64,000 bases of DNA from Somniosus microcephalus (lineage: Eukaryota). The DNA lies in assembly GCA_052327205.1 (NCBI GenBank), contig CM126230.1, forward strand, positions 42,160,001-42,224,000. Direction: 5' to 3'. The notes under the pieces were generated by a model. The model did no database searches. It saw only the letters and a program-made list of their open reading frames with translations, and was not told where the DNA came from. This document shows positions 25,947 through 38,217 of the stretch, one piece after another. The translations under genes and the position numbers were made by a program. How positions within the stretch are numbered: position 1 is the first letter of the stretch; the number at the start of each line of letters is the position of its first letter.

Positions 25947-27167
25947 TAACACAGACAGACAACACAGACCAGACAATACAGACAGACAACACAGACCAGA
26001 CAACACAAACACAGACAGACAGCACAGACACGATGGAACATGGCAACAGCTAAAATCTATCTCTGGATCAACTCAGTTCCCCAGTTATACCGACCGGATA
26101 CTGAACAACGGATATTTTTTACAAGATGCAACCTTTAACAGAAATTGGGGACCAGCTAGAGTTCAAAGTTTGATCAAAAGCACGCTATGACTTTTTCAGC
26201 GAGAATGCTAAAGGATCAGTATTTCAAATCGGTTAATTCAATCAAACCCTGCTCGCATTTTTGTGAATTGTTTCAACGGGAACAATTTATTATTTTTGGG
26301 TTGGAAACTGGCCTTTCAGTGGAACACAAACATTTGTTAGTGAGTCTAACAATCCTGCTGATGACACTGGCGGGGTTTGATAAACTGCAACCTGTTGACA
26401 CAATCTCCAGCCACTCTGAACCATCTCACAACGCCACAATGTCAGAAGAGCAGTCAGTCATGGTCCCTGGGAGCAACTGTTCAAACCGGTCTAAGCACCA
26501 AGAGCAGCCTCACAGGCCTCACAAAATAAAATATTTATTGTTGCATGGCTTGGGATTTGTCTGCAGTCAGAAATCCAACTCTGGCCACACACTCACCTAT
26601 GGGTTTGAGATTCGCTTTTCCATTTTGTCCACCATAATCCGGCCTCTTCCCGTGCAGGGTGACCAGACCCAGAGCTCATTCTCCGCCGATCGGCAGCGCT
26701 TGCTCTGAACTCAAGGATTACAAATTTGTTGTCGACTTTATTCCGCCGCTGTTCTCCCATTGCTTCTTGCAGACAGTTCAATGCACAAAGCAGTCTGGCG
26801 ATGGCCGGGTGCCTTGCATTGAATGCAGGCAGATATATATATATATATATATTTATATGTGTGTGTGTGGTACCTTTATCTGGTGACGCTGGCTTTACTC
26901 CATAAATCAGGACGTCTTTTGTAATCCTTCTCTCTGACTGTAAATCGAATGCAGTCTGCAAACACTGAGCTGCTGACTGAGGAGAGACATGGTGCCGGCC
27001 GGAGTGGAGGGTGTGTGGTGGTCTGGGACAGAGCCGGGGGGCTGGCCGCAGTTACTGGACCAGGTTTCTCAGCCCCACCGGCGTGTTTCAGGCCAAAACA
27101 ATCCGCATAAAAATTGGATGTGCTGCGCTCCGGTTGTTCCTAGTTATGTTGGGATACAATGGGCTCA

Positions 27168-27192
27168 GACACACACACACACACACACACAC
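27168..27192. repeat. (CA)n microsatellite
   Basis: Directly visible. Confidence 0.9.
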
Positions 27193-29029
27193 AGAACATA
27201 GGGCAAGGAGAGAGGTTAGGAAGGAAAGCGAAGTCAGGCAAACCCGTTGAAATGAGGGGTGATTAACAGCGGGACCGAACAAGTGGTTATATTGGCGACT
27301 TGTGATGGGAATCGAGCTTGGCGGGGAATTAAAATGAGAAGCGTGTTTTTAATGGACATCTCATGGTTGATTCTACGGATAGATTGGTACTCACGGTACA
27401 TTTTCCACTTTCCTAAATGTAATCTCCCCCTTGGCTCAGGTATTCTACTGCACCAGCCAAATATTGTAAGCAACCCGACACTTATTCAATTATGAATCTG
27501 CCCGGCGCTATTATATTCTGTTGTGATGTGCAATAAATCTCAATCGCTGCAGCCGCCCCTCCCAGACAGGATGCCCTCAAAATACTGCTCTAAATATCAG
27601 CTGCTTCGCAGCAGTGGCACTTGTATTTTTTTCCAATTGCACCATCGAATCCAATAATTATACTTTCCCTGCCTGCTGAATCTCGACATGAGCTGCACCC
27701 CGGCTCAGTTTTATCACAATCCTTTGAGGTGGTTGCATTAAACTTAAAACAATGGTTCGAACCCCCGATTTCCCCAGTGAATCCCGCAAGCCCCATTTAC
27801 TCGTTGCATTGAGTTCAGTTTTTGCGGTGGATTCTTTCTGCCAAACTATTTTAATCGGAAAAGTGCGTGGGCAAAATGTTTTCTTTACCCCCCTCACTTA
27901 TTTAAAACGACAGCCATTGGGACCTGCAAAGACCCCCCCCGCCCTGATACATTTCCATCACCCAACTGCAACTGTGGCAGATTTCGTCTCTGAATTATGT
28001 GCAACAAAACAGTTAATTAATTCTTTATAAATAGATTTAAGATTTCGTTGCACAGGACACGCATCTCCCCGATATCTAGCACTGGCTGTGAGCAATGTTC
28101 TGAGACCCTAAGTAATTTCAGTCACTATCTCACCCACACCATATTAATGTCTCTAAAATAGGTATTTTCTGAGAAAAAGCTTTCAAAATAACACTAATTG
28201 GAGACTACGGTTTATTTCAGAGTTTATTTCAGCTTATTTCTAAATACAGGGTAGAAAGGTATCAGCAGAATAGATTACATCGAGTGGACTGAACCATTCT
28301 ACGCGTTTAGTTTCCAATAGATTGTTCCCACAGAATTCTCCTGCTGTGTTTAGATAAATACCATAGCTTTCAAAGAGCGCGATATGTTTCACAGCGCGGA
28401 ATTATACAGAAGGTTCACCATGCTGTCTGTGTCAGGTTGGTTTAGTGTCATTTCTGTCGCTGTATTAATATTATATAAAAGTATTAATACTTTACGTTCA
28501 CGTCGAGCTCCCCAAACTTGTTGCCCAGGTTAAGTTTGGGTGTGAATTTTTCTTCAAATCTTCTTATTCGGGCACTGTGAGTGAGTGACCAAAATTAACG
28601 GGCATGGTGTGTTTTATACAAAGTCAGATCTGCCCCAAGTTACAGAGATTTGGGAATGGGGGGGGGGGGTGGTGTGGGGGGTGGTGGTGGGGGGAATCAC
28701 AGTCACAAAAAAAACAACCCATAACACGTCATGGAGTGCTAAAACAACCTGGAGCTGTTACAGACAATCTGAAAGCTACAACCTCTGTCTCAGTCTGTGT
28801 CACTGTCACCGGCTCCAGTTCATCCGCCTCATTTCTGGAATGACTTTTAGGCAAATAAAATACAAGTAGATATGAAGTGTTGGCATCTTGTTTTTCTTGG
28901 CAATTCTCCACAAGACGTTGCTTCCCGCTGAGGTCTAACCAATCTCACCAGGCACCAGACACTGCCTCGCTGAATTGGCAATTCTCCACGAGGGAGGCGG
29001 GACAGCGATTGGTCGGCTATTCAACTGCC

Positions 29030-29270
29030 AGAGGCATTACAACCAAGCCCAAGCCCATCCTCGCCTGTCTTCCATACGTCCAATAACCAGCGGGGTCACT
29101 GAATAAACGATCTGCTTCCCCCTCCCCACCCCCCTCACCACCTTCCCCCAGGGGTCCTGAGGGCAATTGTAGTATCCTTTCTGTCGGCCTGGCTGAGATG
29201 ATCTAACTCGGGAATAGAAACTGGGATCTTCTGCTTCCCAGGGCTCCGTTCCATTCTTTGCCAACTGATG
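29030..29270 (-). mobile_element. LF-SINE-like ancient SINE (another copy at about 59340-59530)
   Basis: Minus-strand motifs ATCTCAGCC...CTACAATTGCCCTCAG...CAGTGACCCC...GGGCTTGGTTGTAATGCC, recalled as LF-SINE-like. Confidence 0.45.
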
Positions 29271-29321
29271 CAGGGGGGGTTGCAGTGATATTTTTTAAAA
29301 AACAATACTGTACTCGTTGTA

Positions 29322-29513
29322 ACAACAGAAAATGCTGGAAAAACTCAGCAGGCCAGGCAACATCCGTGGAGAGAAAATAGAGTCAACGTTTCGAGTCAAA
29401 CCCTTTGTCAAGACTCTATTTTCTCTCCACGGATGTTGCCTGGCCTGCTGAGATTTTCCAGCATTTTCTGTTGTTATTTCGGATTTCCAGCATCCGCAGT
29501 ATTTTGCTATCGC
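29322..29513. mobile_element. Penelope-like foldback fragment with 15-bp TSD
   Basis: About 65-bp near-perfect inverted arms. ACTGTACTCGTTGTA at 29307-29321 and 29514-29528. Confidence 0.75.
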
Positions 29514-29859
29514 ACTGTACTCGTTGTATTGGAGTTCCCTGAACTGATCTGAAAAGCTATTTATGTCACACTGTGCAGGCTATGTCAAACTGACTCATTC
29601 TCACACCAGAAGGGCATTTGAAAGTGATTTCCATTTCCCACGGATCCAAACCTCTGTAGTTGGGTGTTTATCTGACCAAAGACCATTCCGAGAAGGCCTT
29701 GAGTTTGACGCCAGACAGTATAACTCCACGACAGCAGCCCAGTGATATACAAAACATTGCTGAGGGCATCATTTCAAGCTTCTGCAGAGTGTATAAGTAA
29801 ATCAGTTTACTTCAATGTTTTTGCGAACGTTTTGCTTTCCAAACCGTGCTCTCGAAACG

Positions 29860-30475
29860 GATAAACAGGGACATAGGGCACAAAAGCAAGGAAGTTATAC
29901 TAAACATTTATAAATCACGGGTTAGGCCTCAGCTGGAGTATTGTGCCCAACTCTGGGCATCACACTTTAGGAAGGATGTCAAGGCCTTGGAGGGGGTGCG
30001 GAGGAGATTTACTAGAATGGTGTCAGGGATGAGGGACTTCAGTTATTGGGAGAGACTGGAGAAGCTGGGGTTGTTCTCCTTAAAGCAGAGAAGGTTAAGA
30101 GCAGATTTAATGTAGGAGTCAAAATTATGAAGCATATTAATACAGTAAATAAAGAGAAACTGTTTCTAGCGGCAGAAGGATCGGTAACCCGAGGACACAA
30201 ATTTATGGTCATTGGTATAAGAGCCAGAGGGGAGATGAGGAGAGTTTTTTTTACGCAGCGAGTTGTTGTGATCTGGAATGCGCTGTCTGAAAGGGCGGTG
30301 GGAGCAGATTCAATAGTAACTTTCAAAAGGGAATTGGGTATATAGTTGAAGGGGGAAATGTTGCAGGGCTCTGGGGAAAGGGTGGGGGAGCGAGGCTGAT
30401 TGGCTAACTCTCTCAAAGAGCCGGCACAGGCACAATGGGCCGAATGGCCTCCTTCTGTGCAGCATCATTCGATGA
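29860..30475 (+). mobile_element. CR1 LINE 3' fragment
   Basis: RPQLEYCAQLWASHFRKD...WNALSERAV. Confidence 0.85.
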
Positions 30476-30637
30476 TTGAACATGATGCTGTGGTGCAGTG
30501 AAAGAAACAAACCCAGAGCTTTCTGCCGGCCCAGAGAGCCCGAATTGCAGTCGGACTGTCTAAGCCCAGGTGCTGGTGGCTGCACACGGAGACTGAAGCG
30601 ACTGAGCTGAGATGGGGAGCTGCCGTCCAGCCGCAGC

Positions 30638-30709
30638 CACTGGTGCTGGTGTGACACTGGTGCTGGTGTGACACTGGTGTGACACTGGTGCTGGTGTGAC
30701 ACTGGTGCT
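30638..30709. repeat. Minisatellite CACTGGTGCTGGTGTGA, about 4 units
   Basis: Directly visible. Confidence 0.9.
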
Positions 30710-31382
30710 ATCGCCGCCAGTTTGGCTTCACACTGATTGTTGCAACTCGTGCAAGCGCCAATCTTTAAAACAGGTAACTTTAAAAATCTTTAAAAAGTAA
30801 CTACGCCACCCGACTGGACCAGAAACGGAAAATGCTGGAAATTTCAGTCAGCGTCAATAAAGTGAAAAGACAAGTTAATGTTTTGGGTGTGTATTCTTCA
30901 TCTGAACTCCTCCCGCAGTCTGCTGGACCACTTTCAAGTTTCTAATGTAAGAACCCCGCTATTGAATTGCCGCCTTGCCCCTCCACCACCAGAGACATTG
31001 CCCTGGCCTCGGAGAAGGTGTCGAACCAATATCCTGAATACTGACACAAAATAGTGCGGAGGCTGGCAATCTGTTAACTCTTGTTTCTCTCCAGGGTGCT
31101 GCCTGACTCGCTGAGTATTTCCAGCATTTTCTGTTAAAATTCCTTAATACTGACCAGCTTCACACACCTCCCGTGTTGCCCTTATACTGCATACCATGAG
31201 TCTGTGCTAGCTAATCGCACTGGTACAAGAGGCGCGGTATAATCCCAGTGTAACTGTATCAAACTTGCATCAATTTGGAGTTTCTCTCGCTGTTGCAAGC
31301 GGTTTCAATCAGCCTGATGCCGAGAGTCAGCAATAACATAATTGCAAACTGATTGAAGTTGATTTTTTAAAAATATATAGTT

Positions 31383-31756
31383 ACATAAGAACATAAAACG
31401 GAGGAGCAGGAGTAGGTCATTTGGCGCCTCGAGCCTGCTCCGCCATTCAATAAGATCATGGCTGATCATCGACCTCAACTCCACTTTCCTGCACTATCCC
31501 CATAACCATTGACTCCCTTATCGTTCAAAAATCTGTCTATCTCCACCTTAAATATATTCAATGACCCAGCCTCCACGGCTCTCTGGGGAAGAGAATGCCA
31601 CAGATTCGCAACCCTCTGAGAGAAGAAATTCCTCCTAATTTCCGATTTAAAAGGGTGCCCCCTTATTCTGAAATTATGCCCCCTAGTTCTAGATTCCCCC
31701 AGGAGGGGAAACATCCTCTCTGCATCTACCCTGTCAAGCCCCTTCAGAATCTTATA
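31383..31756 (-). mobile_element. CR1 LINE 3' fragment
   Basis: ORF 31475-31714 plus tail. Confidence 0.85.
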
Positions 31757-32360
31757 CTAAAGTTTAAAAAGGAACTCGGGATGTTCAGCTTCATATTTCT
31801 AATGATACGAATTTCACTGGAAATCGGAGCCAGGAAGCAGAGTATTTATTTGTTCCCCCACTGCGCTTTCCCCGAATCTGAACGATGCAAAAAGGCAGTA
31901 TAACTGCAGTCGCTTGCTCATAAATGGTGCTGGTATCAGACTGGTACTGACAGTACAACTGGGGCAGTCTGCATGTGCGCAGGGTGACCTTTAGATAAAA
32001 CACCGAGCACCCAATCAAGGCTGGAGGCTTTAAGTAAATAAGGATTTTGGTGTCATGTTCAATTAGGGTTTGCTCACTGGAAAACTAATGTAATTTTTGC
32101 CCAAGTCATCAAAATGCTGAGATTTTTTTTTAAACACTACAACTTCGCAGAGGATTAGCTGGTCTAAATGATTCAAGGAGTACTGAAATGCCATCGATAT
32201 GAAAAATAGGAATATAACATAACATGATATTGGTTAACTAAAAGCACACTTCGGGGCTGAGAGAATAAATGATAATCCGTGTTCGTGAGTAATTATACGG
32301 CGGGGATCTAATGAAGGGTTCAGGCAAGGTCATGAACTGCCAGAGCAAAGTTTCCAGTGC

Positions 32361-32620
32361 CTTACAAACAACTCGAAGGTTGTGGGTTGAAGCTCAAGTC
32401 CTGTCCATATAATCCAGGCTGACACTCCATTGCAGTACCGAGGCAGTGCTGCATCGTCGGAAGTGCCGTCCTACAGTGGGCCAGGTGAACATTACAGATC
32501 CTGAGGCACCAGTCAAGAAAAAGTTTTCTTCCTGTCCTGCCCAACACCAGCAAAAACGGATCAACCGATTATTCATCTCATTGCTATCAGTGGGATCCTG
32601 CTGTGTACAGTATGCCACCG
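32361..32620 (-). mobile_element. Diverged Deu-type SINE
   Basis: Blocks similar to the 55860 copy (GAAGGTTGTGGGTT...GGCTGACACTCC...GTGCTGCA). The match reads on +, so the strand should be verified. Confidence 0.45.
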
Positions 32621-33945
32621 CCCCGCCCCCCCCCCCCAATTGCATCCCAGTCGTAATTAATTGGAAGTATTATGGGATGTTTTTGAGATGTGATCAGGCG
32701 GAATATAAAGGCAGGTCGGTATTTTTCTGCAGCACCTGAATTTTTCCGATTGGAGTGAAGCTTTGTCAACATTCAGAGGTACCCCTTCATCTATATATTG
32801 CTTCATCTTATCTGCGAGAGGCCGTTCTATCTGGGCCCAGCAGCAGTCGACAGTAACTATTCTTGCACATTGTGTTCACCAGATTACCGCGAGACCATCA
32901 GAAAATAATATTGTTGATAATCCGGGAAAATTTACATTTGATCTATAGCAGTTCAAGTGACGAAATATGTATATGAATTATAAAACAACTAAAACGGATA
33001 CTAGTTTTTCATACATAATTTCAACAAAAATATTGAAAATTCATTTTTTAGATACATATCTAAATTATTACAGTAAAAATTACAGTTTAGAAAAATAATG
33101 GTTCTGTCAAATTCAACACAAATTTACTGCCACATTTGGATAGTCAGCTTCCGTTTTCAGTATTTTTTTCAGTGTTATTTTTCGGTTTCGATATGTTTTA
33201 ACGGTGCCAAGGTTTTCTCATTTCAGTGACACTCCGAAATGCTAAAAGTACTTGTTATAAGTAGATTATATAGTTTCATATTTTGGCATTTTCTCCTTGC
33301 AATCCTTTAAATTGTACCATTAAACACGCAATATTTAAACGAGATATCTAGCCCTTATCTTAATTCCCGGCACGCCTCTCTGAACTTATCTAACTTGCTG
33401 CAGACAGGCAGAAATCGGTGCAAAAATATAATATTGCCTGGTACACATTTTGGAACTGCGTGAGTGTGTAAAATTTGCAATGGACACATGCTGGCGCAGG
33501 TTTGTTCTCAATACCTGGACATTAAATTTTTTGCCAGTCTTTCACTTCGATGCAGACAGCTTGACGAGAGTTTCAGAGAAATAAATCCTCCCTCGTTTCA
33601 ATTTCAGCAAATTGCAAAAGCTAAAATAATTTCAGAACAGATCTCTATAACATTTTGAGGGCTGCTTCTCAAGACTGTGGCAGGAATGAGATTGAGATGC
33701 ATGGTTTTGTGTCGGGGTCGCATCTTTTGGAACCCTCTTTGTAAATGTGGTCGTTACATTAACCATGGTATTACCCAGAGCGACCGGGGAAATTCTCACC
33801 TTTTAGTAACTAAGATTAGAGTGAATGGTTAATTGCCCCCCCCCAAAATGCATTTGGACCTTTAGTAAAAAGCCAGATCCACGCTATATCAGCCTGCTAC
33901 GGGCTCCCCAGAATAAGATAGCGTACACATAGATTGTCGAATCTG

Positions 33946-33951
33946 TTTATT
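33946..33951 (-). terminator. pitx3: Candidate pitx3 polyadenylation signal AATAAA (3' UTR about 0.8 kb)
   Basis: TTTATT on + strand, with GT/T-rich sequence just downstream on the minus strand. Confidence 0.55.
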
Positions 33952-34760
33952 AAGCATCAGCCAGAGTGCAAATCAAACTTTCTTGTCTGTAAACTTTGGC
34001 CTTTTTGGGAGAAGGTTGCGCACATTCGATTAGAATGAGAAATGCCGTAGCTGCCAGCTTCAAGCGAGGAGTCAAACCGTTACAAATATTAAGAACTCGA
34101 CAAATTAAGAAGAAAAAACCTCACGGAAAATGAGTGTGTTAGTCTGCAGCCAATCGAAGATCGCGACTGGGGATGCACTGAAAGGGATGTGGTCTTTATG
34201 GTCAATGCCTGATTGAAAAATTCGTAAAAGGTCCCGTTTTTAAAAGGAAAAATGACACCGTTTGCTGGTGCAGGGAGGCTGTGCAAGGGTATACAACAGT
34301 GAATAAATCACAGCAGCCCAGTCTTTACATTCCTAATCTATTGACAAAGCCGCAACTCAAGGTATGCTGTTAGAGGACATGCTGTCTTTTTTTAACCTTT
34401 AAAAACACTACTTTATAGATAATTATTTCACATACAAAAGGAAAACAAAAAAAAAGTTCATTATATACATCATATCCCGCATTACAACCTAGAAGCCGGA
34501 GTTGTAATGGCCATGCATATTTTGAATTGTATATCAACTGGATTAGCAAATATTTATCTGCAATAGTTATGTATATAACACTCTTTTTATGAAAGCTTTC
34601 TAAACCTGTCCACATGAAAGGGGAATTTGTCTTCTCAATTGAACAGGTATCATTTTTAGCCAGCGCTGTCAAGGTGGGAGCTGGTGCTGTACATTGATGG
34701 GTCAAAGGTCATATATTTAGGGTTAAACCGATTTTTTTTAAAAAAAAATAATCACTAGGC

Positions 34761-35324
<564 letters not shown>

Positions 35325-35579
35325 CTAAACCAGAAAAGATAGATTTCATTAACTTTGGCTGGCGCGCGTGTGTATGGAACAAGTAATGGCCAAATAGATT
35401 CCTTTCCATTCAGATGTCGTTTTGCCCCCAAATACAAATGTTATTCCCATTGCATCTCACGGGTCTGGTCTGTACACATGGGAGAACATTTTGGTAATGA
35501 TTAGGCTTTATTGATAATGAACAGAAAAGCGACTATTTGATAGCAAAGTTGAATGTAAAAAAAAAAATCAGAATGTATA

Positions 35580-35830
35580 ATTCATAGGATGATACAGCAC
35601 AGGAGGAGGCCATTCGGCCCGCCGTGCCTGTGCCGGCTCTTTGAAAGAACTCTCCAATTAGTCCCACTCAACCTGTTCTTTCCCCACAGCCCTGCAATTC
35701 TTTTCCTTTTCAAGTATTTATCCAATTCCCTTTTTTTTTTACTATTGAATCTGCTTTCAGGCAGTGCATTCCAGATCACGACAACTCGCTGCGTTAAATA
35801 AACGTTCTCTTCATCTGCCCTCTGGTTCTA
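35580..35830 (-). mobile_element. CR1 3' fragment in the last pitx3 intron
   Basis: IWNALPE motif and tail. Confidence 0.75.
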
Positions 35831-36694
35831 ATTCTACCCAGATCGTGCTTGAAACTTGGTTGTCAACATAACATGGTGATCGAATGATGCATAATAATTA
35901 ATTCCGGGTCCCTGTAACTGCCAGCGTGGAAGATATATGAATTTCGCTACAAGATGAAAACAAATCTGAATCGTTCCTGGGAGTCTGTAAGGTCCAATTC
36001 TATACTGACCGTAATTACTTGAGAGAACACAACAACATATTGGCAGCTTCAGGCTAAACATAATATTGTTCTCTCACTTAAAATGCAAGGTTAATAACAG
36101 ATGCCCACCGTTAACCACCTACAGCATGTCGAAATGAGCGCTACAACTCACAGTTTTGGAATTGGCCTGTAAATGATCCAGCAAAACCAAATTCTTGGAG
36201 ATCCTACCAGATTCTTTCGCTGTTAACTTTTACTCGACATTTCTTGCATTGCTTTAGCACTTTGGAATCCTCTTGACTAGATTGCCAATAACTGTCATGC
36301 TTAGATCTGGATTTGTCTCGAGTGATCATAAAACTCAAACGCCTGGCTTGTAATATTATACATCAGTCATTTTAATTACTCATACTCCAACAAGTTCTAA
36401 ATCAAAAACATGACATGGAATGTATTTTAGGGATCATGAAGTGTGTAGAAGTTACTGTCTTCAGTGTCTAGGGTAATAAAACAACGAATAACTGGGGGGA
36501 GAGGGAGGTGGGCAATAGGCTTTGATCAGAATCCTGCACCTCACTGAATGCTGGATCGGCAATCTGTCCACAGCAATGAAAAGGAGTGGGAAATGTGTTA
36601 TTCTTTAGACTGTTTGACATTGGGTAAGTCTTTGGGATCAGGTATGCCCTTTACCTTTTAGTATTTCTCTGGGTTATCTGTGAAGCCATCATTC

Positions 36695-37050
36695 TACAAC
36701 AACAACTTGCATTTATACAGCGCCTTTAATGTAGTAAGACGCCCCAAGGCGTTTCACAGGAGCGATTATCAAACACAATTCGACACCGAGTCACAGAAGG
36801 AGATATTAGGACAGGTGACCAAAGAGGTAGGTTTTAAGGAGCGTCTCAAAGGAGGAGAGGTAGAGAGGCGGGGAGAGAGGTAGAGACTCGAGACCCCGAG
36901 AGAGGCGGAGAGGTTTAGGGAGGGAATTCCAGAGCTTGGGGCCCAGGCAACTGAAGGCACGGCCACCAATGGTGGAGCGATTAAAATCGGGGGATGTTCA
37001 AGAGGCCAGAATTAGAGGAGCGCAGAGATCTCGGAGGTTTGTGGGGCTTA
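36695..37050 (-). mobile_element. L2-like LINE 3' fragment in the last pitx3 intron
   Basis: Same family as 14242-14785. Confidence 0.8.
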
Positions 37051-37142
37051 AAGTGGCCAACTTGGCATTTGGGCAATGACAATACTTTGAATGGGACCTA
37101 TTATTAACTTTCATTCTCAGTCTAAAAATGGGACTTCACTCA

Positions 37143-37382
<240 letters not shown>

Positions 37383-38123
37383 CTAGATTAATCCTGCTCT
37401 CCTTTCCCTAAACACTTCCATAAATCCAGCTGTTTATTTTGTGGATTGTAGATAAATGCGGTCACAGGAAACATATATGTGCAGTAAATAACTGTAGTTG
37501 TCAGGGTTCTGAGTGATTGCAGCAAAGTTCTGTCACCAATACACTTATCGAGTTATGAACAAAACTAGTGTGGTTCAAATTGTTCTCTCCCCCTTTGATG
37601 GACCTATGGGATTTACAAAACTCTGTTTTTCTGAAGGTTTCGCAGAGCCGAGAAATTGATTTCGAATGTGTCGGGGCGGGTTAAAATTGCAGCTAGTCAC
37701 AGGGCAAAACAGGCGCGTTCAAGCGACGGGCGGAAGGGACGCCAGACAGAGGGGCAGTTTAGAAGCAAAATGACTTTCTGTTAGTGCAAATATTATCTTT
37801 GAACGGTCTTTGCTTTAACCTTTTCCCGATGCATTTATAACCAGATCAGGATTGCTGTGTCATTTTAAAAGATGGTATTAATTTTACATGGCAATGGCGT
37901 ATTCTGGGATGCCAAATTAAAGTAGATTATCAAAGGGCAAACGATGCTAATTACCCCTCACCTCTCACCCCCTCCCCCACATCCCCCCTCCCTCTGCACA
38001 ACATTTAATCACAGGGACAGGGAGAGGTAAATACAACCTTACTTTATAAACAATAATAATCCAGCGTTCCTCAACCGATTTGGATCATTGATTTTTCTCT
38101 CCAGGAATCGGTTTCATTCCTAC

Positions 38124-38217
38124 CTGCACATTGGCTGTTCGGGGTGTCGACCACATTTCTCAGTTGATCGGCGTATTGTCCTTTCGGGAATCGGAGCGTT
38201 TGAACATTGGCTGACAT
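38124..38217 (-). CDS. Putative alternative first coding exon of pitx3 (MSANVQTLRFPKGQYADQLRNVVDTPNSQCA, phase 1), Pitx2c-like
   Basis: ATG with G at -3, 31 open codons and a CAG|GTAGGA donor in the phase required by the homeobox exon 763 bp downstream. Prediction only. Confidence 0.4.

Noticed and set aside
26860-27040. ELOVL3-like peptide hints (RDMVPAG; EAGLWWTKWKS on the other strand)
   Set aside because: Similarity is limited to a few residues, with no HxxHH motif and no matching exon boundaries.
30638-30709. CRISPR-like array
   Set aside because: Eukaryotic minisatellite without unique spacers.
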